Origin: Hyphomonadaceae bacterium
Lineage (GTDB): Bacteria > Pseudomonadota > Alphaproteobacteria > Caulobacterales > Hyphomonadaceae
Assembly (NCBI GenBank): GCA_041736285.1
Contig: JBGSUF010000052.1
Span: forward strand, 1 to 35,098
Direction: 5' to 3'
Length of the DNA stretch: 35,098 nucleotides
The first letter of the stretch is position 1. Each line of letters opens with the position of its first letter. Under the pieces are notes generated by a model. The model was not told the origin of the DNA, ran no database searches, and saw nothing but the letters and a program-made list of their open reading frames with translations. The translations under genes and the position numbers were made by a program. Positions 1 to 9,463 of the stretch are shown in pieces.

Positions 1-56
1 CAAGCGCCGGCCGAGGACGACCGCCGCGCCGCTCTGGACGCAGACGGAAGGGCCGG

Positions 57-563
57 ATGAACGCCAGGCGCGATCCGTCCCGCTACCGGCCCAATGTCGG
101 CGTGGCATTGTTCTCGCAGGCCGGACACGTCTTCGTGGGTCGCCGGATCAACAGCCACGGTGCCTTCCAGTGGCAGATGCCACAAGGCGGGATAGACGCG
201 GGCGAAGATCCCGCCGCCGCCGTCCTGCGGGAGATGGAAGAAGAGATTGGCGTGCCACCAAAGCTGGTCGACGTCATCGCCGAAACCTCCGACTGGCTGT
301 TCTACGATTTTCCGGCGGACCTGCGCGCGCGCCTGTCCGGCCCCTATCTCGGACAGCGCCAGAAATGGTTCGCCCTGCGCTTTCGCGGCGCCGACAGTGA
401 TGTCCGCCTCGACATGCACACGCCGGAGTTCGACGCCTGGCGCTGGGCTCCGCTGGCCGAAGTGCCGGGTCTTGTCATCCCCTTCAAGCGCCCCGTCTAT
501 GAACGCGTCGCGGCGGAGTTTGCCGCCTTCGCCGAGCCTGTTCCGGGCAGCCTCGACGACTGA
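57..563 (+). CDS. rppH: RNA pyrophosphohydrolase (NUDIX hydrolase, RppH/NudH type)
   Basis: 168-aa ORF. N-terminal YRPNVGV..VFVGRR, WQMPQGG, and a Nudix box GGIDAGEDPAAAVLREMEEEIGV. Confidence 0.85.
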   Translation: MNARRDPSRYRPNVGVALFSQAGHVFVGRRINSHGAFQWQMPQGGIDAGEDPAAAVLREMEEEIGVPPKLVDVIAETSDWLFYDFPADLRARLSGPYLGQRQKWFALRFRGADSDVRLDMHTPEFDAWRWAPLAEVPGLVIPFKRPVYERVAAEFAAFAEPVPGSLDD

Positions 564-570
564 GACCCCC

Positions 571-1491
571 TCACAGCCGGTCGGTCAGTTCACGCTCGCA
601 CAACACCTGCACGAGGCGCCCCATGTCGCGGCGCACCCGGTCAAAGCCGCTGGTGCGCTCGACCTTGCGCTCATCGAGATATAGCGACCTGTTGATCTCG
701 ATCTGCAGGGCGTGCAGCCCCATCGAAGGCTTCCCGTAGGTGCGCGTCGTGTAGCCGCCTGCATACGGGGCGTTGCGCGCCACGCTATACCCCATCTCCC
801 GCAGGCAGCGTTCCGCCGCCGCTATGAGCCGGTGCGAGCACGCCGCGCCGAACCTGTCACCCAGCACGATGTGCGGCAGCCTGCGGCCCGTGCGCGACTC
901 TGACGGCATGGAATGGCAATCAATCAACACCGCCCGCCCAAGGCCAATCGCCTGCGCGCCCGCAACCATCCGCCGCAATGCCCCGTGATAGCCAGCATGC
1001 ACGTGCTGCAGCCGCGCCTGACCCTCATGCCAGCGCAGCGGGCGGGCATAAATCTCGATGCCATTGGCGGCAACGCGCGGCAGGCAGCCAAGCCCGGCCC
1101 GCACCCGGTCGCTCACCCGGCTCTGAAACCGCGGCGGCGCATCCTCGAACATGCCAAGATCCAGTTCGTCCGCCGCCCGGTTGAGATCGACAAAACAGCG
1201 CGCAAAAACCGCCGAGACAAGGCTCGCCCCGACCTGCGGCGCAGCCCCGAAAAGCTCGTTCACAAAGGCGTCTTCCGTCCGGCGCAACTCGATCAGCGGC
1301 GGACGCAGTTTCTCGATCAGTTCCATCGGATAGTGCTGGCCGGAATGCGGCGAGGCAAACACGACCGGCACACAAGCGATGCCGGGGCCGGGTGCCAGCA
1401 CGCGCACGGGCGTTGGCCAGCCGGTCGGGACGCGGGCAGCGTCAGCCGGGCTTGCGCCGGGTGTTGCGTCGGGTCGGGCGATTTCTGTCAT
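571..1491 (-). CDS. N-formylglutamate amidohydrolase family protein
   Basis: 306-aa ORF with family-typical blocks SPHSGQHYP, CFVDLNRAADELD and LIDCHSMPSE. Convergent with rppH across a 7-nt gap. Confidence 0.75.
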   Translation of the reverse strand: MTEIARPDATPGASPADAARVPTGWPTPVRVLAPGPGIACVPVVFASPHSGQHYPMELIEKLRPPLIELRRTEDAFVNELFGAAPQVGASLVSAVFARCFVDLNRAADELDLGMFEDAPPRFQSRVSDRVRAGLGCLPRVAANGIEIYARPLRWHEGQARLQHVHAGYHGALRRMVAGAQAIGLGRAVLIDCHSMPSESRTGRRLPHIVLGDRFGAACSHRLIAAAERCLREMGYSVARNAPYAGGYTTRTYGKPSMGLHALQIEINRSLYLDERKVERTSGFDRVRRDMGRLVQVLCERELTDRL

Positions 1492-1657
1492 GCCTTCCGG
1501 TAACTTTCCTGATCGACATTCCTGGCGCGGCGAGCCCCGATCCGGGCCGGTCGGCGCACCCGGCCAGCCTCAAGGCACTTGCGTTCACGCCGGGTTTACC
1601 TGAACCGGGGTCTATGTGGTAGTATTCTGAGGTCGGCGAGCGCGAGGATTTGCACAC

Positions 1658-2014
1658 ATGAAGATATTGCTGGCAGAGGATGACCGGTCAATGCGCCGCT
1701 TCCTCACCATGGAACTGCGACGCGCGGGCCATGAAGTCCAGGATTATGAGGATGGCGAACAGGCCCTTGCCGTTCTCGAGCGCGAGGTGTTCGACCTCCT
1801 CCTGACCGACATCGTCATGCACGGCATGGACGGCATAGAGCTGGCGCGGCGGGGCGCCGAGCTTGATCCTGCGATGAAGATCATCTTCATCACCGGCTTT
1901 GCAGCGGTCGCCCTGACCTCGAACACGCCGACACCGGCCGGCTCGAAAATCCTCTCCAAGCCCTTCCACCTGAAAGACCTTGTCGACGAGGTGGAGCGCG
2001 TGATGGCGGCCTGA
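1658..2014 (+). CDS. cpdR: Single-domain response regulator, CpdR-like
   Basis: 118-aa receiver-only protein. From memory it is nearly colinear with Caulobacter CpdR: MKILLAEDD..MRRFL, LLLTDIVM..MDGIELARR, KIIFITGFAAVAL, SKPFHLKDLV. Confidence 0.85.
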   Translation: MKILLAEDDRSMRRFLTMELRRAGHEVQDYEDGEQALAVLEREVFDLLLTDIVMHGMDGIELARRGAELDPAMKIIFITGFAAVALTSNTPTPAGSKILSKPFHLKDLVDEVERVMAA

Positions 2015-2125
2015 CTTGCGCCGAAACCGGATCAGGTGCAGACTCCTCCCCCGCCTTCGGCCTGCGCCAAATTCCCGTCTTGACGCGACGCTGCGAATTG
2101 TCCATGTAGCGCGTCTTGCATGGCC

Positions 2126-2200
<75 letters not shown>

Positions 2201-2505
2201 TTTAGAACCTTGTTCTTTAGATGCTTATTTGCATGCTGCACTCATCAGAAAATCGCGTGTTGAACGCAATTTGCACGCAAAACCATCAGGATTTCGGGCC
2301 GCTGAGTGCTGTCGAGGCGTTAAACAGATGGAGCGGAATGACGGTGTGAGGCCAGGGCAAAAAAGAGTGATTACACCACACGAAATTGTTTTGTGGTGTA
2401 CTGGCGTGATCGAGCGCAATCGGAATATTCTGCGCTATCTCCATGCTCACAGCCCTACCAGCCTCAATTGGGGCGACTGTCCAATAGAAGCCGGCCCCGT
2501 GTGAG

Positions 2506-2925
2506 TCACCCCTCCCAGGGGTTGACCAAATGAAGCCCAAGACCGCTGAAATCCCGTGTGTTTCGAGTGGCCAGCCCCGTGCCGCTTGCCCCGGCGATCC
2601 CGGCGATGAACATGTCGGAGGGGTGAGCATGCTGCCCGCCGCTTTCGCGGCGCGCGCGAAACATGCCGGCGAGGCGCGCGCTTTCCGGGTCGAACGTCAG
2701 GATTGCCAGCCCGCTATCGGGCGCGAGGAAGGCTTCAAAACGCTCCTGCAAGTCCTGCTTGCGCCGCCCATTTTCCAGCCGCTCAAGGCCATAGACGATC
2801 TCCGAGACGGTGATCACCGTGGTCGAAAGCGGTTCGCCGCCTAGCGAATGGAGCCATTGCGCCACCGCCGGGTCCAGTGCGGGCCGCATCAGCTCAGAAA
2901 TGACATTGGTGTCGAGGAGGATCAT
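2506..2925 (-). CDS. vapC: Type II toxin, PIN-domain ribonuclease (VapC/FitB-like)
   Basis: 139-aa ORF starting MILLDTNVISELMRP (first PIN acidic residue), with a later TRNTRDF block. Its start overlaps the upstream antitoxin stop by 4 nt. Confidence 0.85.
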   Translation of the reverse strand: MILLDTNVISELMRPALDPAVAQWLHSLGGEPLSTTVITVSEIVYGLERLENGRRKQDLQERFEAFLAPDSGLAILTFDPESARLAGMFRARRESGGQHAHPSDMFIAGIAGASGTGLATRNTRDFSGLGLHLVNPWEG

Positions 2926-3179
2926 GGGGCCGTATCGGCCTCATCGAAGCGCGGCGCATCCCGGTCGCCATTGCGCCCCGGCAATTCGATGTCGGCGCCC
3001 TTCTCGCCCTCGAAAAGCGCGCGCGACCTCTCCCACAAGTCACGCCCCGTCACGCCGCACACCGCCTGCCGAAGGATAAGCCGCGCCTCTTCCTCCATGG
3101 AGTGGCCATGCGTGGCCGCCCGCACGCGCAAGCGCTCCTTGATGGTCTCGTCCAGATTTCGAATGGTCAGCGATGGCAT
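2922..3179 (-). CDS. Type II antitoxin, ribbon-helix-helix (FitA/VapB/StbC-like)
   Basis: 85-aa ORF starting MPSLTIRNLDETIKERLRVRAATHGHSMEEEARLILRQAV, a typical FitA-like RHH N-terminus. It has an ATGA overlap with vapC. Confidence 0.8.
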   Translation of the reverse strand: MPSLTIRNLDETIKERLRVRAATHGHSMEEEARLILRQAVCGVTGRDLWERSRALFEGEKGADIELPGRNGDRDAPRFDEADTAP

Positions 3180-3209
3180 GGGCAGTCTCCTTGAGTCTGA
3201 GAATAGGAT

Positions 3210-3237
3210 ATGATTGCATTGATTTCAATGCAATCAT
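3210..3237. promoter_or_regulatory. Perfect 28-bp palindrome, candidate operator of the vapBC promoter
   Basis: ATGATTGCATTGA-TT-TCAATGCAATCAT (13-bp arms, 2-bp spacer). It lies 31-58 nt upstream of the antitoxin start at 3179, in an AT-rich stretch. Confidence 0.5.
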
Positions 3238-4256
3238 CAAAGCTCTGCGCAGACCATGCCGAGAACCCTGTCGATCGCCGCACAAGCGTTCCGCAGATAC
3301 GCCGGATCAAACGGCGCGTGGATTTCCGTGGTCGAAACAGACTTCTGCTTGTGCCCCAATTGAGCCGCCACCTCCCAGGTCGGCACGCCTTCAGCGCGCA
3401 GCCAGCGCGCCATGGTGTGTCGGAAGCTGTAAGCTGTGACTTTGTCGTCAAGACCAGCATCGGCGCGCAAACGGCTCATGGTGCGCTTGATGCTGCCGAC
3501 CTTGGCGCCGTGATTATGGATGACGTAGTCGCTCGCGCCTTCGGCCTTCCGCGCCTCCAGTAGGGGCACGATTGATTACGGCGTGCGCACGGTCGGGCGG
3601 TGCTTCTTGGTCTGCTCGCGGCTATCGGGGTTGAGGATGATCAGCCGCCGCTCGAAATCGCAACGGTCGAAAGTAAGGTCGAGGAGAGTATCGGGCCGCG
3701 CCGCCGTTGCGATCAACAACAGCATGAAGTCCCGGATATGCTGGGACTTCGCCGCATCCAGGAGCCTGCGGATTTCCTCCGGCTCCAGCGGTCGCCCACG
3801 CGGCGGCGCCTTGGTCTTCTTCGGCAAGGCTACATAGGGCACGGTTTCCAGCATGCCGCGCTTCCAGGCCCAGTTGAGCGCTGTCTTGCCAACACCGATG
3901 ACCCGCTGCGCCGTGTTCTGGCTGACGCCCCTCTCCTCTGTCAGCCAGGCGAGAAAGCGCTCCTGCTCGTCGATCTCCAGCGCGGTCGCGACGGTCGCCT
4001 CTCCATGGAAGTCGAGCCAATAAGACAGGTGTGCGCGTTGCAGGGCAAGGCCCTTGCCCGCAATGCGCACGACACCCGCCTTGACCATGACGCGCCGGGC
4101 GCCACCAGCGTGGCGGTGGCCCGCTGTCGAACCATGCCGTCCGCCACCGCCCCGAGGTGCGGCCCGGACATGGGCGACGATGTTCCCCGACGATCTCTTG
4201 CCGCGAGTGCCGATCCGCCCAAGACGCGGACGAAAGTCGTCGCCTGTGTCGCTCAT
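3237..4256 (-). pseudogene. Tyrosine recombinase (phage/ICE integrase) pseudogene: in-frame TAA at 3576-3578, and N-terminal ~80 codons (about 4017-4256) that resemble a DUF3363-type relaxase N-terminus
   Basis: ORFs 3576..4256 and 3237..3569 are in the same frame, separated only by TAA (..RTP*SIVPLLEARK..). The catalytic C-terminus is YSFRHTMARWLRAEGVPTWEVAAQLGHK. The core-binding region is ERFLAWLTEERGVSQNTAQRVIGVGKTALNWAWKRGML. The N-terminus MSDTGDDFRPRLGRIGTRG..RRVMVKAGVVRIAGKG..AHLSYW follows the relaxase/DUF3363 N-terminal pattern. Confidence 0.75.
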
Positions 4257-4423
4257 ACAGCGCCACTCGTGGCACCCTCAGAAGGCCCGCCAATATTGCA
4301 GATAAGAGCGGACTGTCTCACAAAGGGCGCCAACCGGCGGCCAGAACCGACTCGCGCCGGATCGCCCGTCATCATTGCGTTCTGGCGGAATCCACGACGC
4401 TGCCGGGGGCGGGGGGCGACTCG

Positions 4424-4444
4424 CAAAAAGGCCCCGTGGGCCTT
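4424..4444 (-). terminator. Intrinsic-terminator-like hairpin downstream of the DUF2840 gene
   Basis: The minus strand reads AAGGCCC-ACG-GGGCCTTTTTG: a 6-bp GC stem, a 3-nt loop and a T run. It lies about 95 nt after the DUF2840 stop. Confidence 0.45.
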
Positions 4445-4539
4445 GCAGGTCGCGGGCGGTTGGGCACAGCCGCCTTTAACTTGCGTTCCCCCGCCCCCAG
4501 CCCCCACGCCCCGCCAGGCCTTTGAAGCGCGTGCTCGTT

Positions 4540-5019
4540 TCATGATGACATCCCCGCCGCCGCGCGCGGGCGAAAGGCGGCTTCGTCATAGGCGTCGGGG
4601 CGCACATTGCGCTCCACGCAAACGTGGACATGCCGCCAGCAAGCCGGCGCGATCTCGTGCAGGATGTGCTTGTCAGACAGACCGCCAATCGTCCTCAAAA
4701 CGCGCTTGGCACGGACCTTTCCGAAGCCATGCGGCAACACCTCACCGCCCGGCTCCAGCCCAGGAACAGCACTGCCTTGCTCTCCCGCAGTAAGCGCCCG
4801 CACGACCGCCACGCGCCAGGTCTGCGTGCCATACCCATCGCCCCGCCAGCGCACAAAACCGAAGACCTGCCCCGCATCGAAGAGGTGCAACGCCCCGCCT
4901 TCATGGAACGGATAAGTCACCACTGGCCGCCCGAGAAGCAGCCGGTCATTGGCGCGATTCTTCGCCACCCGAAGGCGTAGTCCGGTGGCTGGAACGGAGA
5001 TTGCTCTGCGGCGAGTCAT
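4540..5019 (-). CDS. DUF2840 domain protein (ICE backbone gene)
   Basis: 159-aa ORF. FGFVRWRGDGYGT, VRALTAGE..VPGLEPGGEVL and APACWRHVH follow the DUF2840 pattern as I recall it from Tn4371/R7A-type alphaproteobacterial ICEs. Confidence 0.65.
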   Translation of the reverse strand: MTRRRAISVPATGLRLRVAKNRANDRLLLGRPVVTYPFHEGGALHLFDAGQVFGFVRWRGDGYGTQTWRVAVVRALTAGEQGSAVPGLEPGGEVLPHGFGKVRAKRVLRTIGGLSDKHILHEIAPACWRHVHVCVERNVRPDAYDEAAFRPRAAAGMSS

Positions 5020-5213
5020 GGTCGACCACGAGCAAATGTTGAGCCAAAAACAGTGAACGCAACTGACCTGAGGAGCAGCTTTCTTTTTGCGGAGCGTGCA
5101 AGATGCGCGACGAATCGAGTGAAATGAATCACGGGCAAGTTCGAGCTAACAACCCGTCCGAATCGAATTCGATCGTTTGGGAAATGATCGAATATTCTCA
5201 ATACAAATATCCT

Positions 5214-7415
5214 TTATCGGGTTACGCCGCCTATGAAGGCACCTCCACCAAAATGCTTGTTTCTGCCGAGCAGGATTGGTCCAGCAACTGCGTTTCTGAA
5301 TTTCAATCGGACCCGGCCTGCCAAGCCTGTTCCAAGACCGCCTTCGAGCGCCAAGACATCAATTTCCGGATCGGGCAATCCTGCGAGGCGGACCTCATCC
5401 AGTAGGTTCCGGGATAGCGCCGATCTGGCATTATTGATCTTGGCGTGTCGCGTGACACGAAACGGCGTGACACTTTCCCAGACATCGTTGGGCTCAAAAA
5501 AATCATCGCTGCTCGTATCAATCGCGGTTGTCGAAAGCCGCAGCCTCCCTGCTACACCAGCGCGCAGGTCGGACAGACCCGAGACTGCCTGTTCGAGCGT
5601 GGCAATCGATTGTCGTTCAAACCGGCTTGCAGTGCGTCTTTCGAGTATGTGGGGTGCCAGGATGAGCAGCCGCAAACCTTTTGGATCGTAGACATATGCT
5701 AGATGCCTGTGGCGCCCTGAACGGGCTGGAGTTCCATCCCTCTCATGACCTGAAAAGAAGGCCGACAATGGCTCGTTTCTGTCGAGACGGTCAGCGATGC
5801 GGGCCATCACCGCGCGCCGTAGCGCGCGAGTAAGCACATCATGATCAAAGTCATTTGAAGAGGGTACCTCAATCTTGAAGGCGAGAATACCTTCGCCCTG
5901 ACCGACCGGTGCCATCAGGCCCAGCCCAAGATAGCGACCGTCCCCAATGATGAGTGGCCCCATTTGCGGCGCGCTTAACAGGATCTCCGCGTGCCAGAGG
6001 CGGTGTTTGGAAAAGCGCTTTCGTAATACCTCGTTGTCCGGTTCAAAGGCCTCGGCGCGCGCGCCCTTTCCCGAAAATGGCTCGCACTGCAAGCGGATAG
6101 ATCCCACCTCTGCTTGCACCCCGGCCTGGCGCAGGGCCTGGCGCAGGCTCGCAGCCGCATTCTTGTTTTCTTCCGAGCGTTCGCTGCCTGATTTGACATC
6201 AGCCGGTCGGCCATCGCCAGCAACACGCCTTGCCGGGTCGATCCGCCTGCGCGAGACGGGAAGCGCGAGCGGGGTCACGGTCCGCCAGAGCCGCTGGCCG
6301 TTTGCTTCGCCGATTCCATAGTGGCGAAACATGCCACGATCTGTAGCCGACGACAGTGTGAGTTGCTCAGTGATCTCGCCGGTGTCCTGATCCATACTCG
6401 CAGAAACGACTTCCAACCCGGAGAAGGCCCATGCGAGATCATCGACCCGCAAGGGGCATGCCGCCGGAATGTTCACGAGCACGCGGCGGATGGCGGGTGA
6501 AACATGCGGATGCCCGATCGAGGGCAGGGGGAGAATGCTGATGCGCCGGAGCTTGTCGGCCTCGTCAGCGCCCCGCCCAACGAGGCAGCGTTCAATCTCG
6601 CCGTGCCAATCCGGAAGCGCCTCTGAAAGCCTCTGTGCCGCAGCGTCGCGGACATTCCGGGTCAGCTCAACGATGTCCGTCAGTGTCACCGGAGCCATGT
6701 CACCGACAAGGTCGAACAACAGACGCTTCGGCGGGCTGTCATAGGCAATCTGTTGGAGGAGGGGTTTGGGTGGTTGGCGAAAGACTTGAGAAGTTGTCCG
6801 GTTTGACGGGAGGTGTTCGAAGCGCTGGTGCTGGTGGCGTGCGATAAGACTGCAGAGCGTGCCCGACATGGGTGCCGCGAGCGCTTGTCCTGTCGCTCCG
6901 CCGGGGCGATGGATCATCCCGTCATAGGCACGGATTTGCGTCTCGGCCTGCTCATCATCGACAATGTCGCCGGTTGCCCAAGCCATGTCGACGCCGCGGC
7001 CAAGTTGATAAAGGCGCTCCGCCATCGCGCACACCCGCTTTGCGTCCTGATCGTCGCCAGCGTTCAGTGTCCACACATAGTGCAGCGGCGTCTCCGCGTC
7101 GAAGAGGACAGGTTTGATTTGCTTTGCTGTGCGGATCTTGCCGACGTTCGCCGGATCCCCGCCGACAGCGTCGAGATCATTGTTCGGCACGAAGTTTGAG
7201 AAGCCCTGGCCGGGACGGTGGAAGGGCGCGGCGATGACAGGGGGGGCAAGCTTTTCCAGCCAGCGCAGCGCATCCGCATCCACGTCGTCGAGCTCGCGTC
7301 CGCGTCCCGCGCCAGCCACCAGTGCCTGAAACAGGCGCGCTGGAGAGGGCGGCCAGTCGGGACGGCCATGATAGCGCCCGTCATGGAATCGCACGGTGAT
7401 GAGGAGGACCGGCAT
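5214..7415 (-). CDS. csb2: Type I-G (I-U) CRISPR-associated protein Csb2 (Cas5-Cas6 fusion RAMP)
   Basis: 733-aa ORF. The N-terminus MPVLLITVRFHDGRYHGRPDWPPSPARLFQALVAG is typical of Csb2. There are two glycine-rich RAMP loops (GDGRYLGLGLMAP and GRNKHFGGGAFIGG). It is the last gene of the cas3-cas8-cas7 operon. Confidence 0.85.
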   Translation of the reverse strand: MPVLLITVRFHDGRYHGRPDWPPSPARLFQALVAGAGRGRELDDVDADALRWLEKLAPPVIAAPFHRPGQGFSNFVPNNDLDAVGGDPANVGKIRTAKQIKPVLFDAETPLHYVWTLNAGDDQDAKRVCAMAERLYQLGRGVDMAWATGDIVDDEQAETQIRAYDGMIHRPGGATGQALAAPMSGTLCSLIARHQHQRFEHLPSNRTTSQVFRQPPKPLLQQIAYDSPPKRLLFDLVGDMAPVTLTDIVELTRNVRDAAAQRLSEALPDWHGEIERCLVGRGADEADKLRRISILPLPSIGHPHVSPAIRRVLVNIPAACPLRVDDLAWAFSGLEVVSASMDQDTGEITEQLTLSSATDRGMFRHYGIGEANGQRLWRTVTPLALPVSRRRIDPARRVAGDGRPADVKSGSERSEENKNAAASLRQALRQAGVQAEVGSIRLQCEPFSGKGARAEAFEPDNEVLRKRFSKHRLWHAEILLSAPQMGPLIIGDGRYLGLGLMAPVGQGEGILAFKIEVPSSNDFDHDVLTRALRRAVMARIADRLDRNEPLSAFFSGHERDGTPARSGRHRHLAYVYDPKGLRLLILAPHILERRTASRFERQSIATLEQAVSGLSDLRAGVAGRLRLSTTAIDTSSDDFFEPNDVWESVTPFRVTRHAKINNARSALSRNLLDEVRLAGLPDPEIDVLALEGGLGTGLAGRVRLKFRNAVAGPILLGRNKHFGGGAFIGGVTR

Positions 7416-7418
7416 GGC

Positions 7419-9459
<2,041 letters not shown>

Positions 9460-9463
<4 letters not shown>

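Noticed and set aside
2229-2504. A 91-aa ORF and a 9-bp inverted repeat (TACACCACA at 2372-2380 pairing with TGTGGTGTA at 2392-2400) in the lower-GC stretch just after the tRNA.
   Set aside because: The ORF has no motifs, atypical composition and overlapping competing ORFs on the other strand. The hairpin lacks a trailing T run. This is most simply non-coding island-border (att-proximal) sequence.
3600-4793. A 397-aa plus-strand ORF, the longest ORF in the 3.6-4.8 kb region.
   Set aside because: It runs antisense to the recognisable integrase/relaxase remnant and the DUF2840 gene. It is extremely Arg/Pro/Ala-rich with no motifs, which is the typical high-GC antisense artefact.
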